32,000 nt of DNA from a cyanobacterium endosymbiont of Epithemia turgida isolate EtSB Lake Yunoko (lineage in GTDB: Bacteria > Cyanobacteriota > Cyanobacteriia > Cyanobacteriales > Microcystaceae), in the NCBI RefSeq assembly GCF_000829235.1, contig NZ_AP012549.1, positions 173,397 through 205,396 of the forward strand, read 5' to 3'. Position 1 is the first letter of the stretch. The number at the start of each line of letters is the position of its first letter. A program made the translations under genes and the position numbers. Below the pieces are notes generated by a model that was not told the DNA's origin, did no database searches, and was given only the letters and a program-made list of their open reading frames with translations. Positions 20,821 to 31,710 of the stretch are shown piece after piece.

Positions 20821-21838
20821 TTTTTATTTTTTTTAAACGAATAACTGTATCAAAAGTACAAGGAGGTTCTTTAAGAGATTTAGTCACCAGTCGAGCTAAA
20901 GAATCAATAAAAATAGGGTGGGTATTTAACGCAGGCACTCGATAAAAGTTTTTAATCCCTGCTTTTTTAGCAATTTCTCGATATTCAATATCAATTTCTT
21001 GAAGAGTTTCAATATGTTCTGAAACAAAACTGATAGGAACTACTAATAAGTCTTTGACTCCTTTTTTCCCTAATTCTTTTAAAGAATCTTCTGTGTAAGG
21101 TTTGAGCCATTCTATCGGACCAACTCGACTTTGATAAGCCAGAGTGAAATCATTTGGCCGATTGAGGGTTTTCATGATTAAGTGAGTACAAGCTTCAATT
21201 TCTGCTTGATAGGGATCTCCGGCTTTGTCAACATAACTTTGAGGGACTCCATGAGCACTGAAGAAAATATGGATATGACAAGGATTTTCACATTTATCTA
21301 ATTCTTGAGTAATTAAATCGGCCATCGCTGTTAAATAATCAGGATGATCATACCATGAGGCAATCAAAGTATAGTTAATTTGTGTAAGATTACTATCAGA
21401 TTGCCACATTTTTTCAAGCACTTGAAAGCTGGATCCACTGGTGCTGATGGAATATTGAGGATACAAAGGAAAAATGACTAAACGCTCTATTCTGTCTCGT
21501 TTGATGTGATTGATTGCCTCTTCAGTAAAGGGGTGCCAATAACGCATCCCAATATAAATTTGAGCATCTTGACCAATTTCTGCTAATTTTTTCCCGAGAG
21601 CTTTTCCTTGAGCTTCAGTAATTCTTCTCAAAGGGGAACCTCCTCCAATTTTTTCATAATTTTTCTTAGATTTTTCACTTCTTAGTAGAGAAATTAACCA
21701 AGCTAAGGGCTTTTGTAACCAAGGGAAAGGTAATCGAATGATTTCTGGGTCAGAAAATAGATTGAACAAAAAGGGGCGAACATCTTGTAACTGTTCCGGA
21801 CCCCCTAAATTTAGTAATAAAACCCCGACGCGATCCAT
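20810..21838 (-). CDS. hemH: Ferrochelatase (lacks the C-terminal CAB-like domain)
   Basis: [73 protein letters not shown], stopping at [14 protein letters not shown]. The track ORF extends to 21973, but MDRVGVL at 21838 is the homologous start. Confidence 0.93.
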   Translation of the reverse strand: MDRVGVLLLNLGGPEQLQDVRPFLFNLFSDPEIIRLPFPWLQKPLAWLISLLRSEKSKKNYEKIGGGSPLRRITEAQGKALGKKLAEIGQDAQIYIGMRYWHPFTEEAINHIKRDRIERLVIFPLYPQYSISTSGSSFQVLEKMWQSDSNLTQINYTLIASWYDHPDYLTAMADLITQELDKCENPCHIHIFFSAHGVPQSYVDKAGDPYQAEIEACTHLIMKTLNRPNDFTLAYQSRVGPIEWLKPYTEDSLKELGKKGVKDLLVVPISFVSEHIETLQEIDIEYREIAKKAGIKNFYRVPALNTHPIFIDSLARLVTKSLKEPPCTFDTVIRLKKIKICP

Positions 21839-21965
21839 AATTTTATGTAGATAAATAACATTTTCGGATTCTTTGTTAAGTTTAACAATATATAGGCTCA
21901 ATATTGAGATTTCAATGACAAAATATTCATAATCTAGTGAGTTACATAAGTTAGGGGGTAACGAG

Positions 21966-22599
21966 TTGGTCACAATTTTAAAGACCTGGAGTCATCAATA
22001 TTCTTGGTTGCATAACACTATTTCCCGTTTAGTATCCCTAAGTGTCGAAGGTGAAAGGAAGTTTTTTTACCTTACCATTGAAAATGTTCCTCTGAAGTCT
22101 GATACTAAGATTTTAGATTTATGTTATGGCGGAGGTAAAGCCACTAACTTTTTTTCTACTAAAACAACCAGACTTAACGTTTTATTAACTCCTCTTTATC
22201 AAACAGTTAAAGCAGTTTTTGAGGCTAATTATTTTGGCGAGCGAGCTAAACAAATGCCTTTTGCTCAATTTAAATTTGGTTGAGTTAATACCAGATTTGC
22301 TTTTATTGTTCTCCACAAAATGTAAGCCAAGCAGCTTGAAGAAATTTTTAAAAGTTTATCAGGTTCTTAACACTGAAAGTTTTGTTGCTGTAACTGACTT
22401 ACATAAGCCGACTAACCGTTTCGTTTATTTTGTCCATCTCTAACTATTTTTATATGAATAGTGAATATTTGAAATGAAGACAGCCTAAAAGTTACTCAAC
22501 ACTTACTTAGTGACAAAGTTAACTTCAGTAGTTTTTCGAGCTTATCAACAACGACTTTATGGAGGAGGAAGTTTGCAAGTAATTCAAGTTAAGAAATAA
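21966..22599 (+). pseudogene. Class I SAM-dependent methyltransferase, frameshifted and degraded
   Basis: Frame a: [33 protein letters not shown]...KILDLCYGGGKATNFF...AKQMPFAQFKFG*. Then VLHKM*AKQLEEIFKSLS; then KVYQVLNTESFVAVTDLHKPTNRF; then MKTA*KLLNTYLVTKLTS...; finally YGGGSLQVIQVKK* ending at 22599. Order matches a single intact MTase. Confidence 0.88.
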
Positions 22600-22642
22600 G
22601 ATTGAAAATGATCCCTCCATTATCATTGAGGTAAATAAACGA

Positions 22643-23200
22643 ATGTCCAAGACCAAATTACTACAACCTGATTTAGTTTTGGGAGATACTATTCTCGGTC
22701 TAACACCAGAAATTCTTACCTATTATCACATTCAAGGATTAGTCTTGGATGTAGACGAAACTTTGGTTTCCCTCCAACAGAGCCAAGTGTCCCAAGAACT
22801 TGAGCAATGGATAAAAACTATTAGACAAATCACTCCCATTTGGCTAGTTAGTAATAATTTAAGTGAAGGTCGCATTAAGAGAATTGCTAATACTTTAACC
22901 TTGCCTTATCTATTAAGAGCGGTAAAGCCTTCTCGACGCAAATTACGGCAGGCTGTCCAGGCAATGCAACTCCCAGTTAATGGTGTAGCTATGGTAGGTG
23001 ATCGCTTATTTACTGATGTTTTAGCTGGTAATCGTTTAGGAATGTTTACCATCCTCGTCAAGCCTATAGCAGATACTGCTGTAGTTGATCGCTACTACCC
23101 AATTCACAATTTCGAAATCTGGCTGTCTCAAATTTTGGGGGTATCTCTGATAGTCCCAAAATTTGAATTTACTAAAAACGATCAATCTTTAAAACACTAG
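22643..23200 (+). CDS. YqeG family HAD IIIA-type phosphatase
   Basis: 185 aa: LVLDVDETLV, WLVSNNLSEGRI, KPSRRKLRQAV, VAMVGDRLFTDVLAGNRLGM. Confidence 0.9.
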   Translation: MSKTKLLQPDLVLGDTILGLTPEILTYYHIQGLVLDVDETLVSLQQSQVSQELEQWIKTIRQITPIWLVSNNLSEGRIKRIANTLTLPYLLRAVKPSRRKLRQAVQAMQLPVNGVAMVGDRLFTDVLAGNRLGMFTILVKPIADTAVVDRYYPIHNFEIWLSQILGVSLIVPKFEFTKNDQSLKH

Positions 23201-23863
23201 GCTAATTCTGAATAACTTGATTTACTACTTTAGGTTAACTTTTTTGAGGAGAATTTAATCCTACCATCCTCAACAAATACTAGCCCTTACTTTAAAAGCT
23301 CCAACAATAGTTTGATATGATACAACCAATATCAAAGTCTATTGTTTGAGAAGCTGTTTTTTTCCAAAAAACATATCCTGTGAGATACAACATCTACATC
23401 TTTATTTATAGCGTAACCAGATTTCATCTACAATCAAGGTAAACAAATCAATATTTACTGCTAGCAGGTTAAATATTTTAAATCAAACGGATCAGTGTCT
23501 CAGTTTTGTTATATTTTTTATCAAAGTACCTTTTTTTGTTTCCTTAATATTTATGAGGCAATTTTCATGCTTATTTTCAAATATTAAGTAAAATTTAAAC
23601 ATTTTTCAAAATTTTTATGTATAAAATAAAATATTTTTTTACTCTCGTAATAGGTTCTGTTTTTTTGTTAATCAAACACGTCTGTTCAACAGAACATACT
23701 TATCATTAAGTTATTGTGATGTTTAGTGAAAGTCTTCTAATTAAGATTTTTAAGTTACGGCTGTCGCAGTATTTTTCGATTTAATTGACTTTGATAGCCT
23801 GTTGGTCTCTGTGTCAATATTTGAGGGTAACTCATTGCCATTCCCCAACAAATATGTATGCTC

Positions 23864-23911
23864 TAATCTCTTTAATGAGAACTTGTGGTCATGTTCTCAT
23901 TGAAGAGATTA
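23864..23911. repeat. Inverted repeat (19-bp arms, 1 G/T wobble, 10-nt loop)
   Basis: TAATCTCTTTAATGAGAAC (23864-23882) / GTTCTCATTGAAGAGATTA (23893-23911). Confidence 0.85.
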
Positions 23912-24205
23912 AAGTTGTGGGATTTATAGCATCACATTAAGCTAATTTTAACTGTTAGCATCTTCTTTCGAATATTTTGGTAATGATGTAGGCGTAGAAT
24001 AAATAAAGGACGAAGATTTATTTCCCGGATAGCCTTGATCATATTTATTGATGGATGGTTATCAGACTGTATATATATATTTCACATGATTATAGAAAGC
24101 CGATGTTGGTCATTTATAAAAGAGCTCTGTGATCAGAGATAAATTAAAACTTACAGAGACATTTAGTCAGATATCTCTATAGTAGATTGCTAACAGAAAA
24201 ATTTT

Positions 24206-25195
24206 TTAACTTGTTAGTAAAGATTTTAATTCCTCAGTAGTTAAACGAGGTCCATAACTAGTAACAATACGAGAAGAAGCCCGTGAAGCAAGATCGCCTG
24301 CCTGGACATAGGTCATTCCGTGGGTGATCCCATAAAGAAATGCTCCCGCATACATATCTCCTGCACCAACGGTATCAATAGCCCGAACAGGATAAGGAGC
24401 AATTTCAACTAATATTTGACCATCAAAAACTAATGATCCCTTCGATCCACGGGTGATAGCAAACCCCTTAGCTATAGTTTTTAAATAAGCGATCATCTCG
24501 GAAAAATCTTTTGTATTAGATATTTTTACAGCTTCTGCTTCATTAGTAAAAATAAAATCTAACCCAGAGCCAATAATCTCTAATAGCTCATTTTTAAAAA
24601 ACTCCACTATGTTTGGATCAGATAAGGAAAAAGTGGTTTTTACTCCTGAAGCTTCTGCAATTTCCCTAGCTTTCATAGCTGCTGCTTGAGCAGTTGAAGA
24701 AGTGACTAAATATCCTTCCAGGTAAAGATATTCAGAGTCAGAGATTGCTTCGAATACTAGTTCTTGTTCAGAAAAATTGCTCGAAATACCTAAAAATGTA
24801 TTCATAGTGCGATCAGCATCAGGAGTTACCATAACTATGCATTTTCCGGTAGTTCCCTCTTCGCCATCGCCATTGTGTTCATTTGTATCTAACCCACACT
24901 TGCGTAGGTCTTCTAAATAAAATTTTCCTGCTTTATCTGCCGCCACTTTACAAGAATAAAACCCGTTACCACCGAATTGATTAATAGCTATCATGGTATT
25001 AGTAGCAGAGCCTCCACTACTTTGTTTACACGGTTGTCCATTGAGCTTCTTTATCAACTCCTCTTGAAAGACTTCATCTACAAGAGTCATGACACCTTTA
25101 TCAATATTTAATCTCTGAAGTAATTCTGGTGAAACTTTAAATTCTATATCTACTAAAGCGTTACCAGCACCATAAACATGATATTTTTTCTGCAT
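24206..25195 (-). CDS. PfkB-family carbohydrate kinase / adenosine kinase-like
   Basis: 329 aa: [56 protein letters not shown]. Confidence 0.88.
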   Translation of the reverse strand: MQKKYHVYGAGNALVDIEFKVSPELLQRLNIDKGVMTLVDEVFQEELIKKLNGQPCKQSSGGSATNTMIAINQFGGNGFYSCKVAADKAGKFYLEDLRKCGLDTNEHNGDGEEGTTGKCIVMVTPDADRTMNTFLGISSNFSEQELVFEAISDSEYLYLEGYLVTSSTAQAAAMKAREIAEASGVKTTFSLSDPNIVEFFKNELLEIIGSGLDFIFTNEAEAVKISNTKDFSEMIAYLKTIAKGFAITRGSKGSLVFDGQILVEIAPYPVRAIDTVGAGDMYAGAFLYGITHGMTYVQAGDLASRASSRIVTSYGPRLTTEELKSLLTS

Positions 25196-25378
25196 GAATG
25201 CTTTCTTGTCTTATGACAAACCTCTAAAATGTTTAATTATATTTTAGTCCAACATAGAGTATTCGCATTATAATTTTGGTCAGTTTAGCAATAAACAAGA
25301 TTTAAGATAAACTACTAATTAAAGTAAAAAATAGCTATGTTTATAGAAAAAATTGATATAAATAGCTAAAATAATTAA

Positions 25379-25437
25379 ATTTTTTTGATTATAGATTTAT
25401 CAATATTTAAAGTTAATAAATCTATAATCAAAAAAAT
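25379..25437. repeat. Perfect 22-bp inverted repeat with 15-nt loop
   Basis: ATTTTTTTGATTATAGATTTAT (25379-25400) / ATAAATCTATAATCAAAAAAAT (25416-25437). Confidence 0.85.
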
Positions 25438-26136
25438 CATAACTAAGTTTAAATAACTCAAGTAAAACTTGAATTTTAAGTGTAAATAGATTTCACTATT
25501 AGGTTTTTATTTTATTACTGTAAAAATGATCTGAAATAGTTTAAATTTAAAGCTTAGTTTGATCGATGATAACAATCAATGAATAAGAAGTATATATATA
25601 GCTAAACAATAATTGTTTTTAGTTTAAAGGCGGATAACATTTAAAAAATAATTAAGCTATCCAAAATTAATTAACGTGATATTTTTTATTATTTTAAACA
25701 AAAAATTATTCAAATTATATTTATTTAGATAATAAACAGCTTAACTTGTGCGTATATAGTGTTTCCTGATAATTACTAATTTAATAATTGTAGTTATTTT
25801 GTCCTAAATTTATTGTGTAATTAGTTGATAAGATTTTTAAAATCTATAACTGAATCAATTGAAATATCACTAAATTAGAAGGATTTAATAAAAATTAAAT
25901 ACTGTCAGCTATTTTTAGTTACAGAAATTGTTTGTTCTTTGATAAAATAGTTTATTTGTTTACGGAAACTACAGTCATTTAATAGACTTACATAATGCTT
26001 TCTCTTCTTTATCTATGATTCAAAAACAAAGGAGAAAAAACAAATACCAAAATCCCTGCCTTTTCTCCCTATTTAAGTCTTAAGTGACTTAAGGCAAAAT
26101 CCTGCTAATTTTAACTAGAAAATGCCTAAAATAATG

Positions 26137-27429
26137 TTATTGACTTATGGCCTGAACGTTGCTTTCTTTAGAGTTCGTTATTTGTTGTTTAAGTACTTCA
26201 AACGCTTTATTAAACTGGGGATCACCAAAACTTCCGATTCGCTCGCGATCTTGTTGAAGAGCTTTGCGTTCGTCGTTGCTCAATTCAAATATAACATCAG
26301 GGTCGATACCTTGTTTATTAATATCTCGACCATTGGGAGTGAGATACTTAGCGATGGTCACAGCTAACCCAGAACCATCTCCTAATCCCCGAACAGATTG
26401 CACTAAACCCTTACCAAAAGTCTGCGTTCCTACAATCATAGCGCGTCTATGATCTTGTAAAGCTCCTGACAAAATTTCACTGGCACTCGCTGAACCACCA
26501 TCCACTAGCACCACTAGGGGTTTATCTGTTAAGGCACGATTACTAGCTCGTTGTTGCTCTTCTTGTCCACCACGGTTAACTGTTGAGACAATTTTTCCTT
26601 CATCAAGCCACATCCGAGCAATTTCAATGCTTGAATATAACAGTCCTCCAGGGTTGGAACGAAGGTCTAAAATATAACCGTTAACCTGTTCGGCTTCTAA
26701 ATTTTTAATAGCCTCTCGCATTTCTTGACCAGCTTGACTACTAAATTGAGTCAGACGGATATAGCCAATTAACCCAATAGGAGTTTGTTGAGAACGAGAG
26801 CGAACAGGGTTTAGCTCTATGCGCGCCCTGACAAGGGAATAATCAGTTTCTTCAGCACTACGACGAATAGTTAAAGTTACTTCACTACCTGGTTTACCCC
26901 GAATTAACTTAACGGCATCTCCGACATCCATACCCTTAGTAATCTTGCCATTAATTTTTGTAATAACATCTTTAGATAAAATTCCGGCCTTAAATGCCGG
27001 AGTATTTTCAATTGGGGCAACTACCATCAATTCGTTAGTTTCTTCATCTTTAGTAATTTGAATACCTACTCCAGTTAATTCTCCTGAAGTATCAATTTGC
27101 ATATTCTTGAATTCTTCAGGATCCATAAATCGAGTATATGGATCTTCAAGCCTTTCGAGCATTTCTCTAATCGCCTTATAAGCCTCCTTTTTATCTCCAT
27201 AAGGACGCTTTAAATATTCCTGACGAATAGCTCGCCAATCTACCTGATTAAACGTTACGTCAACATAGGTCCGGTTAATTATCTGCCAGACTTCATCAAC
27301 TAATTCTTTTGGATTATCTTGAAAAAAGGCTTGACTCTGGGAGAAGCGTAGTCCTCCACCTGTGACTGCAACCGCAGTTAGGACAGCCACAGTCGCGCTG
27401 AGAATTAGTCCGCGTTTTTTATTAACCAT
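26137..27429 (-). CDS. S41-family C-terminal processing peptidase (Ctp)
   Basis: 430 aa: N-term signal/anchor, PDZ domain (GVGIQITKDEE...), YILDLRSNPGGLLYSSIEIARMW, LVDGGSASASEILSGALQDH (catalytic Ser), TFGKGLVQ (Lys). Which Ctp paralog is not resolved. Confidence 0.92.
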   Translation of the reverse strand: MVNKKRGLILSATVAVLTAVAVTGGGLRFSQSQAFFQDNPKELVDEVWQIINRTYVDVTFNQVDWRAIRQEYLKRPYGDKKEAYKAIREMLERLEDPYTRFMDPEEFKNMQIDTSGELTGVGIQITKDEETNELMVVAPIENTPAFKAGILSKDVITKINGKITKGMDVGDAVKLIRGKPGSEVTLTIRRSAEETDYSLVRARIELNPVRSRSQQTPIGLIGYIRLTQFSSQAGQEMREAIKNLEAEQVNGYILDLRSNPGGLLYSSIEIARMWLDEGKIVSTVNRGGQEEQQRASNRALTDKPLVVLVDGGSASASEILSGALQDHRRAMIVGTQTFGKGLVQSVRGLGDGSGLAVTIAKYLTPNGRDINKQGIDPDVIFELSNDERKALQQDRERIGSFGDPQFNKAFEVLKQQITNSKESNVQAISQ

Positions 27430-27633
27430 AAGCCTAGAATTTATGCAAAGATAAAAGGGTAAAGAGATTTTTACTAACTGAGTGTCAATTGTGATACTTA
27501 AACCTGATAGTCCAACTTGATATATCTTCTACTATTAAGTTGTTTAGTTCATAGGAACATACAGTTGGTTATTTTAAAATTAGAGTACTTTCCTCTAGTT
27601 ATAACATTTTTTTAAAGCAGATACAGGCATCCT

Positions 27634-28413
27634 ATGATGAATAACATGCCCATTGATATGAATTCTTTGAAAAGTAAGCGACAAACTTTACGTGTTCAGC
27701 GAAGATTCAAGGCATGGCAAAGTGTATGGCGTTTTTTAGCCCTTTTGGGAATGATGGGAGGATTAATTTGGATGCTTAGTTGGCCTCATTGGGTCATCAA
27801 AGATAAATCACAAATTAAGATTGTAGGAAATCAACTATTGTCTTCAGAGAAAATTCGGCAGCTTCTTAAACTATCTTATCCTCAATCTATCTGGCAACTC
27901 CCCCTTCATGAATTGACCCAACAATTGAAGGCAGAACCCCCATTGAAAGATATTCATCTTACTCGTCAACTTTTTCCAACCCAGATAACTGTTACCGTCA
28001 AAGAACGACAACCTATTGCTATGGGGACTTCTTCTCAAGGAGATGGCTATCTCGATGCCGCGGGGGTCTGGATTCCTAAGAAGTTCTATAAAAAAGATAC
28101 GAAAATTGAAACAGAACAAGACCTCACGGTCCTCGGTTTTGAGCCTCAGTACCGTTCCTATTGGCTTGAAATATATCACCTAATTCTTCAGTCTCCTATC
28201 AACGTTATGGCAGTAGATTGGCGAGACCCAAGTAATCTGATTTTAAAAACTGAATTGGGAACTGTTTATTTTGGACCTTATGGCAATCGCTTTCGGGAAC
28301 AATTGCGGATTTTGGCTAAAATGAGAGAAATTTCCTCGCATATTCCTCCAAACCGGGGTTTTTACTTAGATGTGACCAATCCTCGGTCTCCTTCAGTTCG
28401 TCTAGTGCCTTAG
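27634..28413 (+). CDS. ftsQ: FtsQ-type cell division protein (POTRA domain)
   Basis: 259 aa with single N-term TM, POTRA-like IVGNQLLSSEKIRQLLKLSYPQSIWQLPLHELTQQLKAEPPLKDIHLTRQLFPTQITVTVKERQPIA, next to ftsZ. Confidence 0.85.
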   Translation: MMNNMPIDMNSLKSKRQTLRVQRRFKAWQSVWRFLALLGMMGGLIWMLSWPHWVIKDKSQIKIVGNQLLSSEKIRQLLKLSYPQSIWQLPLHELTQQLKAEPPLKDIHLTRQLFPTQITVTVKERQPIAMGTSSQGDGYLDAAGVWIPKKFYKKDTKIETEQDLTVLGFEPQYRSYWLEIYHLILQSPINVMAVDWRDPSNLILKTELGTVYFGPYGNRFREQLRILAKMREISSHIPPNRGFYLDVTNPRSPSVRLVP

Positions 28414-28730
28414 TATAAATTTGCTGCATTAATTACGTTAATTTTGAACTATTTATTTACTATTTTAAACTGTATTATTAAAGATTTCTCACTTGACTTT
28501 TAACAAAAACAATTATGCTTGTAGTATATAAGGGTTGAAAACTTCAGATTTTTAGGATATGAGATAGTATAAATTTACGTGATATAGTAAGTTTTATATT
28601 ACATATAGGTGAATATTCAATTTATTATATATGTATACTAAATTATAATCTAATTAGCTATATTTGATAGTAATTAAACATACTGTTGTTTAATGATTTT
28701 TAATTATTCCTAATTACCCATTAATATAAA

Positions 28731-29990
28731 ATGGATTCTCGTAAAAAATTAATGTCTAACAATTCGAGTTTCAGTGACACTAAATCTTCCGAAATGTCCA
28801 ATACAGTAGACGATTGTGGTATTCATAATAATAATCTGTTCTTGTCTCAATTGAACGATCCTTCAGAATCCCTTATAGAAGACATCAGGAGCAACAGAAT
28901 AGTGCCAAATAATGTGGCTAAAATAAAGGTCATTGGCGTTGGTGGTGGCGGATGTAATGCGGTTAACCGTATGGTTGAAAGTTCCTTGACTGGAATTGAG
29001 TTTTGGGCTATCAACACTGATGCTCAAGCTCTTTCTCAATCAGCAGCACCTCAACGTTTACAAATCGGACAAAAATTGACTAGAGGTCTAGGAGCTGGTG
29101 GAAATCCATCTATTGGGACTCAAGCTGCTGAAGAGTCTAGAGACGAAATCGCTCACGCTTTAGAAAATACCGACCTTGCTTTTATTACAGCTGGTATGGG
29201 TGGGGGAACTGGCACAGGAGCAGCTCCTATCGTTGCCGAGGTAGCAAAAGAAATGGGCTGTCTAACGGTAGGGGTTGTCACCCGTCCTTTTACCTTTGAA
29301 GGACGACGGCGTACTACTCAGGCAGCCGAAGGAGTCAATAATCTGCAAAATAACGTTGATACTCTCATTGTTATTCCTAATAACCAGTTACTACAAGTCA
29401 TTCCTCCAGACACTCCTTTGCAAGAAGCATTTCTGACAGCCGATAATATTCTGCGACAGGGGGTACAAGGGATTTCGGATATTATTACAATTCCTGGTTT
29501 AGTTAATGTAGACTTCGCGGATGTTAGGGCAGTGATGGCTGACGCAGGATCAGCATTAATGGGACTAGGAACTGGTTCAGGGAAATCTCGTGCTAATGAT
29601 GCGGCAGTACAGGCAATTTCTTCTCCTCTATTGGAACATTCGATTAAGGGAGCTAAAGGAGTTGTCTTTAATATTACTGGAGGCAGTGATCTCACCCTTC
29701 ATGAAGTAACAACAGCTGCTGAAACTATTTTTGAGGTAGTTGATCCCGAGGCCAATATTATCTTTGGAGCGGTTATTGATTCAGTGTTACAAGGAGAAGT
29801 AATAATTACAGTCATTGCGACAGGTTTTAGTGGAGAATCTGACAATATAGCTTCAAAAACAGTAAAGAGTACTTCTGTGCGAAGAGTAAGCAACACTACA
29901 ACTACCAAAGTTCTTGAGTCAGAATCTCCTAAACCCACAGGGTTAGATATTCCAGACTTTCTTCAACAACGTCGTTTTCCAAAACACTAG
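28731..29990 (+). CDS. ftsZ: Cell division protein FtsZ
   Basis: 419 aa: [40 protein letters not shown] tubulin signature, [21 protein letters not shown]-terminal peptide [12 protein letters not shown]. Confidence 0.97.
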   Translation: MDSRKKLMSNNSSFSDTKSSEMSNTVDDCGIHNNNLFLSQLNDPSESLIEDIRSNRIVPNNVAKIKVIGVGGGGCNAVNRMVESSLTGIEFWAINTDAQALSQSAAPQRLQIGQKLTRGLGAGGNPSIGTQAAEESRDEIAHALENTDLAFITAGMGGGTGTGAAPIVAEVAKEMGCLTVGVVTRPFTFEGRRRTTQAAEGVNNLQNNVDTLIVIPNNQLLQVIPPDTPLQEAFLTADNILRQGVQGISDIITIPGLVNVDFADVRAVMADAGSALMGLGTGSGKSRANDAAVQAISSPLLEHSIKGAKGVVFNITGGSDLTLHEVTTAAETIFEVVDPEANIIFGAVIDSVLQGEVIITVIATGFSGESDNIASKTVKSTSVRRVSNTTTTKVLESESPKPTGLDIPDFLQQRRFPKH

Positions 29991-31682
29991 TTGATTAATA
30001 AGTATACTCGAAATAATTTTTATTAAAATCAATCTTATGAATAAGAGACTTTTTAAAATTTTGGTTTTCCTCATAACTTGATTTGAATAAAACATTAATC
30101 TAAGTATTTTTTGTTCAAGAAACTTACTACTATTACTAATCATTTGGTGTTAATTTTCTTTACTTTGATGCGTATTAAGCTCGTTTCAGAAGAAACCGCA
30201 AAGTAAATTCATGATAAATTAAAGTTTATAAAAAAATAAGTTTATATATTTATAAATTTTGTCAATCTTCAACTATAAAGTTTGTTTACTTAGTATTCTA
30301 TAGGTTGATTTCACATCATATAGTTGGATACGGTTAAAAATTTTTTTGATAAAGAGAAAACATAAAATATATAATTATATTAATCTAAAATAAATAATAG
30401 TATTAAGTTGTCCAAATAGGAATATTCTGAAGTCCAGAGATATATAGGGTTTTATTTTAATTGGCTTCGATCTAAATAAAAGTTAATCAAAACCTATATA
30501 TCTATATTAACTTTTTTAAGTTACAATATACGTAGAAAGTATTTTTTATTCAAAACCCTCTTGTTTTCTATAATGTGTTTTAAACTCTGATAAGAGTATC
30601 TAAACTTTTTTAAAGTAATACCATTCTCGTTAAGTTTAATTTTTTTTTCTAGCTAATGAGCAACTCTCGGCCCTGTATATATTTGCTAATATACTGATAT
30701 ATATTTTAATATATGAGCTAATTATTAAATAATTTGATTGGTTAACAAGGTTTTTTCTTCTTTATTTTAAATTCTTATTATTAATATTTTTGTCTATCTC
30801 TTCTTTTAATTTACTAAATTTTTTTGTATTTTTTTACTATAATCATAATCTATTACTACAGTGAATAAAATATTTTTGGGATTCCTTTCTAAAAAATTTT
30901 TAGAAGAAAGTGTTATCTTTTCAATTAGACGAAATTTTAACTTCCCATGTATTTATATTTTATTTTAAACAAACTAAAATATGAAGCTAAATAAAATTTT
31001 TTAACAATTTTTTGTATAAATCATTTCTTTCTTACTAAGAGTTAATGTTTTTATGATTAAATTGAGTAAAATTTAGTATTTACATAATTTTTTTTGATAA
31101 TTATATTGTTATATATATAAGTTATATAAATAAACCTATTACTATCTTATTTAAGATATCAAGACCGGGAATGGTAATTTATCTAAATTGAGAGTCTCAT
31201 TTATTAAACTAAATCGAGTATTTGATACTATAGGTATAAATTAAATTAAAATATTGCAGATATGATAACATCATATACATTAAAAATATGTATTTTAACA
31301 ACTATATTATTGATAATAAAATTATGTGTATATATAAATATGTATATTAAGTATATCTAGAGAACTTAAAGTTTTAAAAATCTAAAATAGTGTAGTATTA
31401 TTTTACATATTTTACTACTTAAATAATATTAGTTCACAGAATAGTTTCTAAAGTAATTATGTAGAATAAATAAACTTTCAGTCACAGAATGATAGTTTTA
31501 ATCTCATTTTTTATTTATTAGGTTATTTTAGGTTAAAGTTAATAAAGACTAAAAATTTTATTTCTAATTAAGATAGAGTGTAAATATAATTATTTTTGCA
31601 ATTTGATTAGGTTTTTAGATTAAATTATTAAAGTTCAAATTTAGTTTTTAGTTATTATAATATCTATCGATAATTTTATTTA

Positions 31683-31710
31683 TATTAGATTTTATATATA
31701 AAATCTAATA
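31683..31710. repeat. Perfect 28-nt palindrome
   Basis: TATTAGATTTTATATATAAAATCTAATA. Confidence 0.6.

Noticed and set aside
21839-21973. N-terminal extension of the hemH ORF (45 aa)
   Set aside because: The extension does not resemble ferrochelatase; the canonical start [13 protein letters not shown] is at 21838, and the extension overlaps the methyltransferase pseudogene start.
22219-22443. 74-aa ORF called as an independent gene
   Set aside because: Its C-terminal part (KVYQVLNTESFVAVTDLHKPTN) is an internal segment of the methyltransferase pseudogene in a shifted frame.
26122-26452. ORFs at 26122-26367 and 26264-26452 opposite the S41 protease
   Set aside because: Antisense shadows of a conserved coding region; no independent support.
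27871-28179. 102-aa ORF antisense to ftsQ
   Set aside because: Overlaps a supported CDS on the opposite strand, with no domain.
29318-29938. ORFs at 29318-29695 and 29699-29938 antisense to ftsZ
   Set aside because: Shadow ORFs of the highly conserved ftsZ coding sequence.
29943-30143. 66-aa minus-strand ORF overlapping the ftsZ 3' end
   Set aside because: Low-complexity I/L/K-rich translation of AT-rich DNA; overlaps ftsZ; no homology signal.
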